Assembly (NCBI GenBank): GCA_016748015.1
Contig: JAAOMT010000369.1
Coordinates: 1 to 64,000, forward strand
From: Geosiphon pyriformis uo1
Lineage: Eukaryota; Fungi; Glomeromycota
Direction: 5' to 3'
DNA length: 64,000 nucleotides
Below, piece by piece: positions 25,343-37,020 of this stretch (the stretch's first letter is position 1; each line of letters begins with the position of its first letter). The notes under the pieces were generated by a model, which was given only the letters and a program-made list of their open reading frames with translations, did not search any database and had not been told where the DNA came from. The translations under genes and the position numbers were made by a program.

Positions 25343-27129
25343 TAAGAAGAAAAGGAATTTGAACTCGCCCCAAAACTGTCCACTTTGGCTGAAAGTCCCA
25401 GAACTGTTTCCATCAAACACTTTATGCTGTCTTCTAACTTGGATACCAAAGATACATCAAAAGACACTGCTCCTGCAACAATCTCACCACTAGTGGCTGC
25501 ACCCAAACTTTCATTCATTACTATATCCGCTCCTTAATTTTGTGATGAAGGGGTCACCAACGGCTAACATCTAGGGCTTGGCTGGGAAACCATTGGCCCA
25601 AGTGCATCTAACCTCTTAGTCAGCTTACCTACCTGCTCCGCGAGACTGGCAAGACTGTGCTCAAGAGCAGCAAACCTATCATTGACTTTCACCAAAACCA
25701 GCAGAGATGGCTTCATCCCCAAAGAGGAACCAAATTCCACTGAAGCATTTCGTCCAAAGAGAGGAGGAAAAGAAGACCCACTAGCAACCTTCCCTCAAGA
25801 GAGACCACCAAAAGAGACTGGACGAGCAACTGGAGCTGATCACTTGGCATAGATGGCCGCCAATCTGCTTTTATCTGTATCTGACAGGACTCTACGCGAA
25901 GACAAACCTGAAGAAACTCTCCCACCAACTGTACAGCCCAATGACGTATGGCCTGATTTCTCACACTTGGCACACTTGGCCAAGACAAGACAAGACCAGT
26001 GTAGATTGGTGCCTCTCAACACTGGCATGGTTCCCACAATGGCATTCAATGATTCAGCAGAATCAAAACAGATGACAGCACACCTAGCCCTAGCATACAT
26101 AATTGGATGACGATCAATGACACACGTCTTCTCATCCACAGAACCAATAAAATCCCAGATGTCATGAGCAGTTGTTCCCATTGGCAGAGTATAGAGCAGC
26201 ACTCTATGCTGATCCCTCGCGTCCTATGATTCTTTGTCCAAATCTGATCTAGCCACCTGTACAGCATCCTTTCTGATTAAGATTGACCACTTTGCCGCAA
26301 CCAAATTGGCGTGATCTGAATGCTCAAATTCTATCATAGCCTTCTGCCACAGCCCCACCAATTGTATCTTGATCGACTTAATTGTCCCAAACTCAGAGAG
26401 TGTAGCATGCACAGCCTCAGCTGATATTCCAACTAGAATTTCTTTCAACACCACAGCCCGATCTGAGCGACCAGCCAATCTCTTAAGATTGGTGTTTACC
26501 ATGATATTCGCACCAGTAGCCTTTTCAGTGGCTTTCATTAGACCCGATTCGGAAGTGAACATTGCTTTGATGATCCCTGAAAATTTTGAAGAGGTAGATG
26601 CCCCCCCAAAACCATTAATTCCTAAAAATAAACTCCTGATTTTTTTGAGCTTTTCCTAGGCCGAATTTTTTTCTACTGCTTTTAGATCCAAATCCAAAGC
26701 AAACGACTTTCTAACAGAAACATTGACCAGGTTCTTAAGAGGAAGAGGAAGCACCAGAGGGGCATCCAGAAGAACATCATCATTATCATTGCCATCCAGG
26801 AAGTTGATCTTTCCCAAAGACTTTCCCAATGCTTTTCTAGTTGTCACTTGCGAATCTTTCGGCGTTTAATCCAAATCTCCACCAACAAGCACACTACCTT
26901 CACCATAATCGAAACTTGTTTCCTCTACAAGACACTCCTTTTCCATATCAACACTGTCAGATTCTGTGGTATAACCAGTCTCTGAACCCCATGAATGACC
27001 ACTTTGCACTTTAGCAGAACCCTCTTTAGCACCAGCATTGTCTTTAAGAACACTGCTTCTTCTCTTTTTCCTTGACAAAACAGTCTTGAAACCACCCACA
27101 GAGCCAGAACTTTCAACCGTCTTTTTCAT
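25342..27129 (-). pseudogene. LINE ORF1 (~595 codons; RRM-like segments, CCHC knuckle)
   Basis: Track ORFs starting at 27129, 26847, 26562 and 26202 are all in one frame ending at TAA 25344-25342; CAKCEKSGHTSLGC knuckle. Confidence 0.9.
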
Positions 27130-27299
27130 GACAGCAATACTAGGGCCAACAACGGCCTCGTAATCAAGCAGAAACGGTTTGGATTTATCGTACTGAATGG
27201 TAAAAAACTTCTTTCAAAAAACTTTTGACTTTTTTTTGGGATTTGTGGAGGAATGAGAGAAAGACCTATATTGTATAATTAAATTTTTATAAAAAATAC

Positions 27300-30200
27300 A
27301 ATTGAAATATGTAAATTATGTTCTATTATTAAAATGTTTTATTATAGAATTTTATAATTATTATTAAATAAATTATATTTATTTATTAAATCAATTAATT
27401 ATTATTATTATTGTTGTTATTATTATTATTATTATTATTAAAATATTGATTAATTGTTACTTGTTTTTTAAAATTTTTTTTATTTTTTCATATTTATATA
27501 ATTTTTTTAAGTAAATTTTGATATTTTATATTAAAATTTTTTTTTGTTAATTGCTTTTCAAATTTAATTACTTTTTTTAATGCTTTATATAATTTTATAA
27601 TTGTAATTATAACAGATAAAAATTTTTTAATATTTTTTCTAAGTTATTAATTGTATTGGTTTTAATTTAAGCATTAATTAAAATCATATTTACAATTTTA
27701 TTATTATTAAGAATATTTTCAATTGTCAATAATTTATCAACTACTATAGTATAATTTTCGAAATTTTTGACTAATTGTTGTATATTTAATAGTAAATTGT
27801 TGAATATATTCATATCAATTAATGTTTTGAATTCTTGAATTTTTAATTCTTGATTATAGAAAAAAATATTTGTTTTTTGTCAATAATTTTAAATTGTAAC
27901 AAATATTACTTAAAACCATAATTAAATAATGTAATTAATTGCTTGTTTTATATTAATTTATTTCTAAAAAATAAATTAATATTAGATAAAATTATATAAT
28001 ATATATTAATAATAATACTGTATATCTTATATTATTTAATTGTTTAATATTAATTTTTTGTTTAAATTAATATAAAATATATTAACAATATAAGTATTTA
28101 TATTTGTTTTTAAAAAATTTGATAATGTCAGCATCTATTAGTTAAAAATATAATATTATGTTTAAAAAAAAATAATGCAAAGTAATATTAGTTAATTAAA
28201 ATAAATTTTTTCTAATTTAAGTATAATAAAAAGTTATATTATTAACCAAAAATAATATATGCTAATTTTGAATTTGAAAGTTTTTATTTATATATTTGAA
28301 TTATATTTTTTATATATCTGAATATATCTATGCTTTGGAATTGAATTTGTAAATTACAGATAAGTTAAAAATATTAATTTTTTAAACCATTTTGGATTTT
28401 TTGTATATTCAATTATTAAAAATTGCAATTTGTAAGATTTAATTGGATTTGTAGTAAAAAAAATTGTAATTCAAGATTTATTTTATAAAAAACCCAATTA
28501 ATTTAATATAATAATAATATATAATAATAATAATTAGTAAATATAATATACTAATTTTTTTTTGTATTTTAATATTTTACAAATGGTTAATTTAGTCTTA
28601 TATAAAAAAATAATTATGTTTTATTAGTATTATATATGTTAACAAATTCAAATTCAAATATAATGGTTTTTAATTTTTTTTATTTTTCTAATAAACTTTT
28701 AGTATATATACTTTGTTTTACTATAAAATTGGTAAATATGTAATTGGTTTTATTTTTTGAATTTTTGAATCTATCTATTTGAGAATTGTATTTCATTTTT
28801 GTACATACCAAGAAATTTGGCAAATTTTTTTTCTTTAATTAGTTGATTATTGAATTCAATAATAATTGCAATTAGTTGTTTTATTTAATAATTTATAATT
28901 TAGTTTAATAATAAAAATTTAATATTTTTGTATTAAATAAATCTTTTTAAAATTTGATTAATTTTAATATTTAATTACTTTGTTTGCTTTTTAATTATTT
29001 TAAAAATAATTAGATAAAAAATATAAAGTTCTGAATATTTAAAATTAAAATAAGCTACAATATTATTATGCTTTATACTATAATAATTTTTGAAATAACA
29101 AATTTTTTTATAAAGAGTATTATTAATTGCTATTTGTTTTTGTTTTTTAAATAAAAATTTAATATTATGATAATTTAACAAGTTTGTTAAAAAATATATC
29201 TATAATAATAATATTAGATTTGGTTTTAGCAAATCTAAATTAAAATACAATAAAAGTTAAATAGTTATATATAAAAACAAACAAAATTAAAAAAAATAAG
29301 TCCAATATAAATTAATTTGAAAGAAAGTTAAGATAAAATAAATTTAATATATTCTAACTTTTTTTCCAATTACTAATTAATATTTAATATATGATAATTG
29401 TTTTTATATAAAAAAAAAATTGTTAATTAATTAATTAATTCTATAAAAAATATTCTTTATAAGAAGTTGTTCTTTTATAAAGAGTTTTTTTATGAAGATC
29501 TAACTATATAAGAATTTTTTTAATAAAACTATATATTATTTTTTATTATAAATTTAAAAATATTTGAATAAATTTAATTAAAAAAAATAGTTTTTGTAAT
29601 AATTTTTACGGATTTTTTAATTATAAATTAATGAATTTACAGATTTTAAATTAAATAATATAGAATTTATTTTAATATTTTATTAAGACTAAAACAACAA
29701 AAATTTTTTTTGTTAATAATTTCTTAATCATATTTTATTTTAAAAATTGAATTTTAATCATAAATATTTTAAGTTAATTAATATATTATAAAGTAATTAA
29801 ATTTTATTAAAAAAATAGTTTTATAAATAAAAATTAATTTGTTTTATTTATTTTGTTTTGTTTTGTTTTTGTTTATTTAATTTTAACTGTTTTAATATAA
29901 TTAAAACTAGTTTAATTAAAGTTTATTTAATTTATAATTTTAGTTTATATTAATAATTTTATTAAAATATAAGTTTTTTGAATATTAATAATAATATACT
30001 AACATATTTTTTAAATTTAAATTTGAAAATTAAATATTTATGATTTAATATTATTAATATTAACTAAATTATTAGCAATAATTTTAATATTGAAATATAT
30101 ATTAGTATTTAATAAAATTATTATTTACTTAAACAATTAAGTATTTTAAAATATATATAAATTAGAATTATTTGTATAATTAAATTTGATTTTCGAAATT

Positions 30201-30890
30201 ACTGTTAAATAAAAAAACAATATATTATTATTATTATTAAAAAAAAATTTATTTATTAAATAAATCAAAATAAAAATTTATTTTAATATTATAAATATAA
30301 ATAAATTAATATACTTATAAATAAAGTTATAAATTTAAAATTTTTGTTATTTATAAAAATACTTATTGTTTTATAAGAGATTTGTTTAATTTAATAAATT
30401 TTATTAAATAAAAAGCAAAATATACTATTAAATTTGTTAATAAGTTTTTGGTTAAAAATTTTAATTTAATAAAAACTATTTTAATACAATATTCTAATAA
30501 ATATTATAATTTAATTTGTTAAATTATAGTATTGTTAATTTTTATACCCATTTTATAAAAATATTGTACATTAAACTATTTGTTATTATAAAAAAATAAT
30601 TTTAAAATTTTAGTTATTTTAATATAAATTGCATTTATTATATAAAAAAACTTTAATTATATTTTTTATGTATTTTTAAAAAAAATTATTATTAATAAAT
30701 GTTTCAATAAATAAATTGTTTTATTTAACAAATTAATTTTAAATTTACATGTTTCTTAATTATTATATAATATTTGTATTAATAATTATTTATTATTATT
30801 ATTATAAATTATATTTTTAGAGATTAATTTTTAAGTTATTTATATTATTTAAAAATATTAAAATTAAATTATATATTATAAATAATAATT
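27300..30890. other. Extremely AT-rich block, probably fossil TE sequence
   Basis: Nearly devoid of C/G and CpG; no credible ORF. Similar blocks at ~35250-36700, ~50550-53600 and ~55900-57000. Confidence 0.5.
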
Positions 30891-30894
30891 TATT

Positions 30895-33180
30895 TATTTT
30901 TATATATTAAAGTTTAATATATAATCTAGCTACAATTTAATATCACGAATCAAACTAAGTAACACAAATTAAATATAATTTATGTATTTTTTATATATAA
31001 TTAGACATAAATTTTAGTTTAGATTAAGCTAAATTGAATTAAAAAAACTGAAAATAAATCCAGTTTACTAATTTTCTCAATAATATAATTCAAATTTTGA
31101 CTATTAAAAATAAATTTACTAAGAAACAATCTAATTTTTTTAATACTACTTCTAATATTAAAATTTGATATATATTATAAAACAATTATATACTAATTAG
31201 TATTTTTATTTAAAAAAAAAGTTATAGTAACTAATATTTTATTATAATATAATCAAACTTTATCTCAAATTTAAGACAAGCAAAATTTTTAAAAACACTA
31301 ATTAGAAGATTAACAAAGTTATTAACAGTACTTTTTTTAAAAAGCAAATTTTTTTTATTTAAAGTTATTTATATGTATTTTTATTTAAAAAAATGGTAAT
31401 CAAAATAATTAAAAAGTTAATAAATTTTATAACAGATTTAACCAAAATAACCAAACTTAAAATTTGGAATTCCAAAAAATTCAGTCTAAATTTGAAAGCA
31501 AAATTAATAGTAAACACAGTCAAAAAATAGCAAAAAAAATGCCAAAAAAGCAAAAGTTTTAGAATAAAATTTTTTATTAATTAAAGTTAATACAAAAAAT
31601 TTAGAGCTAACAGAAAACTTAACAGAAAACTTGAAAAAAAAAAGAATAATATTTTGCAATCAACAAACAAATAATTTAAATTTTAATAATAATAATAATA
31701 CTTAAAAGTTTTTTATTAAATATAATATTTACACAAAACATTAGTTTTAATTATAGCAACATTTAAAAATTTATAAGAATTAAATATTATAACAACAAAA
31801 CATTAATAACAATAAAAATTAAAAAAATAAAAAATAAAATGAGTATAATTACCAACTTAAAATATTATATTACTAATTTCAAAAACAGTATAACCAAAAA
31901 AAATTAATTAATTTGGTCTTAAAAGTATTATAAAAGACAATAATTTTTTTTGGTTAAAAAAAATCTGAATATTGTTTTTTTTAATTAATACAGACTAATT
32001 ATTAAAAACAACAATAACAAATAAAGAATTTTTAAAATTAACTATAGTATATTTATTACAAACCAATAAATTTTAACTTAACTAAAATAATAATACTAAA
32101 TATATTGAAAGCATTTTTGATATTATTAAAAAATATATAAAAAAAAACATTATAAAATACAACAAAAATGGAAAAAAAAACTATTAGTCATTACAAAAAA
32201 TTTTACAATTTTAAATTTAATTAAAAAAAAACCATCAATAAAAATTTTAATAATTACAAATAAAAAAGCTTTAAAAGCAAAATCTATACAAAATAATTTA
32301 ATATTGTCTTTTAAAACAAATTTTAATTCAATAAAACTAAACAACAAATAAAACAAAAAATCAACTAAAGCCAATTTAATCTTAAAAATAATACTAAACA
32401 CTAAAATAAAAATTATTTATTTAAAGAATTTTTAATAATTAGAAATTGTTTCTTAGATATTATTAAAAATAATACCAGAAAACAAAAAAAAATTAATTCA
32501 GTTTTTATTTAATTAACTCAATAAGTTGTTTTGCTTTTAAAATTAGTAATAATTTACTAAAAAATATTATATTTGACAATATAGTCAATAGTTAATCTTG
32601 GTTTATTTTAAAAAATATGTTATTATTGATGTTATTTATATTAAAAAAAAAGCTGATTATTATTAAAAAGATCTTATTCAAAATTTTATTTAAAACTATA
32701 AAAAAATTTAATATAATAATAGTAAATATAAGTAATTGCTATTGTTTTTTTAAGTTTTGATTTTTTTGGCTATTTGTAAAAAGATAGTAATAATATTAAT
32801 AATAAAAACAAAAAAAACCATTTTGTTAACTAGCCTATTATGAAAACTTTGGAGTTTTTAAAGAGAATAAAAACAATATTAAAATTAAACTAAGTATATC
32901 TCTTGAAAAAAACTTTAATTAAGAAAAAACCACTAATTAAAAATAAAAAAAATGTTTCAAAAGCTACCAAAAGCAGTTGTTTATTATTAATATTTAAAAA
33001 AAATATTGCTAAAATATTTTGCTTAACTGTTTTAATAATAATAAAATCTTTTTTTGTTGAAATTTTATTAGTTATTATAGAGAAATAATATTTAAAACTT
33101 TTTTACTCTTTGCTTTGGTTATAGTCATAAAATTAAAAAGAAAAAAAAGTTTTTTTTTGATTTTTTTTTAAATTTTAAAT
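30895..33180 (-). mobile_element. ORF1-only HAL1-like element, copy 2
   Basis: Collinear with 1609-3690 (track ORFs 32150..32401 and 2647..2949 are clear paralogs). LINE-like tail at ~30900-31000; decayed knuckle (...NLNYLFVDCKI); 5'-UTR-like A/T runs at ~33135-33175. Confidence 0.7.
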
Positions 33181-33787
33181 TAATAATTTAAAATAATATT
33201 ATTTAAGTTTTAATAATAATATTTTTTAATAACAAATTTTAATTAATAAACAATTTTATGTTAATTAATAAATTATATTATATTTATTTTATTTTAAAAA
33301 ACCATTTTTATAGCATTTAGTAATAATTTATATTAATTTTTTTAATAATTAATAAAGCTATAATTTTATAAATATTAATAATTAAAAATTTGAATTGATA
33401 AAATTAAAAATTAATTTTATAAATTAATTTAAATATTTTATGAAATTTTCAATTAAATTTGTTTTTTTACATTAATTATTTTTATCTTGTGGGTTTTGTT
33501 TATTTAAAAAAATTATTAAAAAGAATTGTGTTTTATAATTAAAATATCATTTTTTAAAATTAAAATTACTTGTTTATATAGATGTTGAAATAATACAAAG
33601 TTATTTAATTTTTAAATTGGTAAAATAAAAAATAAAAAATAAAAAATAAAAAGCGATTTTTCGTTTGTATAACGTGATTTTCTCTATTAGGTTGTGAAAA
33701 TCACCTGACATTGGAAATTGCTTTAAAAATGACGAATCACCCATCAACCTATAGGAAAATTTTCTTTTATTAATACAATTTCGTGAA

Positions 33788-34717
33788 ATGAATTGTTCAG
33801 TTGCAAAAGGAAACGAATTTGAAAAAGAAATCTTAAAAATCTTTAGAAAAATGAACGTTGAATTAAATAGAACGAGGTGATTTTTTTCACAGAGTTATTT
33901 GTTGAGTTGTTGTGTGTCTGAAGTTACGCTGCCACTAGAAGTAAATCAGAGAATTGAAAGCTCTTCGTGGCCACAGCTTGCGAAAGTTACCAGTCAGGTA
34001 TTCCAGACCTGATTTACGGTGAACGGCCTGCTGTGAACGTTCTTCTCTGTTTTCGAAAAGCTGACTGACATATGTATCGGAGCCTGTGGTGAATAGGATA
34101 CACGAATTATTATCGACTGACACATGTATCGGGATAATAATTCTTGACAACTATGATACAAATATACTCACCATTTTTTATTCATTTTTTTTAGACATGA
34201 ACCAGGTGACGGTGGAGTAGATTTGTTTGGTGGTTTCTTGGGATATACTATTGTAATTCAGTGCAAAGTAAATGTTTCATTTCATTAAATCAAATCAAAT
34301 CAAATCAAATCAAATCAAATCATTCAAATTTTATAATATTAATAATGTTTATAATTATGATTATTATAGAATCATATTAGAAAAATTGGACCGCAAACAT
34401 TACGTGAATTAGAGGGTGTTTTAACTAGATTTAATAAAAATACAACAATTGGTATTCTAGTAACTCCTTCTGTGGGAAGTTTTACTGGGAATATAATAAA
34501 TAGAGCTAAATCGTCTGAATATAAGGTTATCCTAACTGATCAGATAAGTATTTATTCAGATTTAATTCAATTTATTAATTCTCAAAAAATCAGAAGTTAT
34601 AAAAATATACATTTTATTTTTTTTCATTTTTATTTCATTATTCTAATATTGTGTACATTATTTATGTTATTTCGAAATAAATATAATGACTTTGACGATG
34701 ATGTCTACATTTATTAA
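33788..34717 (+). CDS. Mrr-like (Mrr_cat/RRG7-related) PD-(D/E)XK nuclease with C-terminal hydrophobic helix, 169 aa; exons 33788-33876, 34195-34267, 34370-34717
   Basis: Spliced translation KGNEFEKEI...PGDGGVDLFG...IVIQCKNHIRKIGPQTLRELEGVL...IGILVT. GT-AG introns keep the frame. Tail IHFIFFHFYFIILILCTLFMLF. Confidence 0.85.
33905..34152 (+). ncRNA. Candidate structured RNA element inside intron 1 of the Mrr-like gene (family not recognised)
   Basis: GC/CpG-rich relative to all other introns. Terminal pair AGTTGT/ACAACT; stems GTAAATCAG/CTGATTTAC, AGCTT-GCGA-AAGTT, CCTGT/ATAGG, GAATTATTATC/GATAATAATTC; 18-nt direct repeat. Confidence 0.55.
34287..34321. repeat. (AAATC)7 microsatellite in intron 2
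   Basis: Perfect pentamer tandem. Confidence 0.95.
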
Positions 34718-35329
34718 ATAAATTTATTCCATTTTATTTCTTAATTATTTTTATTCATCTCGAGAATTATTTTTTCATTTGTAGTAAATTTTTTGGAAAT
34801 TGAAATTTCTATGAAATCGAGATCCTAATCAGAGAAGCTAAGATGGCTAAACATAATAATACCCTAAATTCCTCTTAATTGTCAATTGCGGCTAGATTTA
34901 ATACATAAGCAGACCCCATTTCGATCATCACGGATTTTATAAGGAAATATGTATCAGAAGCAGAAAAATAATTCCCGAGTTTGGATAATCATATTTCCCA
35001 CATCACGGTGTGGCATAGTCTTTTTTCTCAAAGTTTCCGGCAAATACCAGGCCATATATTAAGTAACTTCTAAGAGAACCGTTGACCCAGAATTCCATGA
35101 TGCGATCATAATTACCTAATTTCTAATGGATGAAGAATTCAATTCTTTTGACCATTACAAAACATATTAATTAATCCTTTTATCCGCTTTGCTTAAATTA
35201 AACGAAGAATAACAAAATCTCAAAAATTACCTTCTATATTAAATATAATTTTTTTTAAGATACCAATCTTAATATTAAAAATATTAAAAACTTTTTTAAA
35301 ATTAATAATAACAATAATGTAATTTTGCT

Positions 35330-35520
35330 AATAAATAAATTTAAAATACTAAAAAAATAAAACAAATTTAATTATGTATTTAAAATAATTATATATTATT
35401 AATTTTAAAGACAGTATAATTAAATAAAATATTAATTAATTTGGTTTTATATATATATTATAAAAGACAATAATTTTTTTAATTAAAAAAAAAATTCAAA
35501 TATTGTTTTTTTTTTATTAA
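35330..35520 (-). mobile_element. Short fragment of the HAL1-like/ORF1 family
   Basis: Matches ~31810-31990 (acagtataa...attaatttggt...tattataaaagacaataattttttt...aatattgttttt). Confidence 0.6.
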
Positions 35521-36139
35521 AATTAATTAATAAACAAAAAACAGTTTTAAAAACTTTAGAAAACTTGAAATAAATAATAACAAAAATTAAAATTAAAACA
35601 AATACCAAGTTTTATTTTTAATAACAATATTTAAAAAAATTTAATATAAATATATATATAAACTTTATATAAAAAATTTAATATTGTTTTTTATGTTTAA
35701 TTTTAAACCAATATAAAAACTAAAATACAAATTTTAATATTCAAAGATTGTTTTATTTTTTTATTTTTTAAAAAATTATATTTATTTGAAAATTATATTT
35801 ATTTAATAAATTATAAAAAATTAATTTAAATTTATAAAGTTTTATTAATTTATTTTAAACTTTTTTAATTAAATTAATTTATAAAAAGTTTAATATATAT
35901 TAAAATATAATTTTCAAAAATTAAATTTATACTTTTAAATTAATTTTTTACAATTTATTAAAATTTTATTTGTTTTTAATAATATAATATAAAATATGTA
36001 ATAAATATTAATCATTTTATTTATTTATTTTTTCAAATTTTTATACAAATTTATATTAAATTCAATAATTATTATATTTATTATTATATTTTAATGTTTA
36101 AAATTGGGTTTTAAAAAATAGATTTTAAATCTACAATAA

Positions 36140-36188
<49 letters not shown>

Positions 36189-36729
36189 TAAAAATAAATG
36201 AAATATTTTTTTAAATTTATTATCAGATTTTTTGTTGTTATACCAAAAAATTTTTTAACAAATTTAGTAAATAATTCATTTTAATATATATTAATATATT
36301 ATTAATTCATAAAAGAAATATGTTGTTAAAATACAAAAAAGATAAAAAAACTGTAATTTTGGTAGTTATAAATTTTTTTAAAAAACACAAATTCAAATTT
36401 TTTTAAAAGTTTATTTTATTAATATAATTGTAATATAACAATTATTTTTATTAAAAGTTAATGAAACAGAATTTTTAAAAATTAGTTATGTAGAAATATT
36501 ATAAATATCAAATAAAAATATTTATTTGCAAAAAACGAGAATTTACAAAAATCAAATATATATATAAATATATATATATATATGTTTAAAATTATAATGC
36601 AAAGTAAAAATCATATAATGGTAATAAAATAATTTAAAAGTCATCATAATTAGTATTTTGCATAAATATATCTCAATAAATTGCAATTCAATCTTTAATT
36701 TTGCAATTTCAAAGTTATAATAATAAATT

Positions 36730-36880
36730 TATTCGAGTTTAATATTGTGTTTTTTGAAATTGAAAAAATGGTATTTTAATTCAAGTTGAATCGAGTTTAA
36801 GAGTTTTTAAAATCTTAACTCGATTGAACTCGACTCATAATTTTCGAGTCGAATATGAGCCAACCCTTAATTCGACTCTA
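36730..36880. repeat. CGAGT/ACTCG-rich palindromic cluster, possible end of a hAT/MITE-type DNA transposon
   Basis: Inverted repeats TCGAGT(T)TAAGA...TCTTAACTCGA and TCGACTC...GAGTCGA, next to CAACCCTTA (resembles a TAGGGNTG-type TIR on the minus strand). No partner end found. Confidence 0.4.
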
Positions 36881-37020
36881 TAATTTTATCAAAGAATAAC
36901 TTTTTGAAATTTGGAAAGTGATAGCTTCTTAACCAACATCATAATTTAATATATCTTTGGAAAATTTCCATTTTTCTCAAAACTTTTGTTTGACATAATA
37001 AAATTTTGTTAAAGCAAATA

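Larger units (their letters stand above)
20529..27265 (-). mobile_element. Full-length LINE (APE-RT-RNase H-CCHC type; Tad1/I-group-like architecture) with poly(A) tail and 9-bp TSD
   Basis: Poly(T) 20529-20550 on +; TSD CTATATTGT at 20520-20528 and 27266-27274; two ORFs joined by TAATG. Confidence 0.95.

Noticed and set aside
20869-26659. Numerous antisense and alternate-frame ORFs over the LINEs (also 59302-63442)
   Set aside because: Shadows of LINE coding sequence with strong strand bias; no independent motifs.
27900-28150. Possible MULE fossil on the minus strand (IDAD...)
   Set aside because: Too decayed to distinguish from chance without an alignment tool.
33930-34020. Resemblance of the intronic element to a cobalamin riboswitch (GCCAC..AGTCAG..AGACCTG), hairpin ribozyme (AGAAGTAAATCAGAGAA), group I/II intron, RNase P/MRP or SRP RNA
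   Set aside because: Required companion motifs are missing or in the wrong order: no AGGGAA, no N-GUC loop A, CAGTC precedes GACTG, no domain V, no P4 pair, no SRP helix 8.
33935-34150. 71-aa minus-strand ORF across the intronic element
   Set aside because: Non-ATG start, no recognisable motif; expected by chance in GC-richer sequence.
34800-35210. Possible lipase-3-like pseudogene fragment (HITVWHSL)
   Set aside because: Many stops and only a vague motif; cannot be supported by eye.
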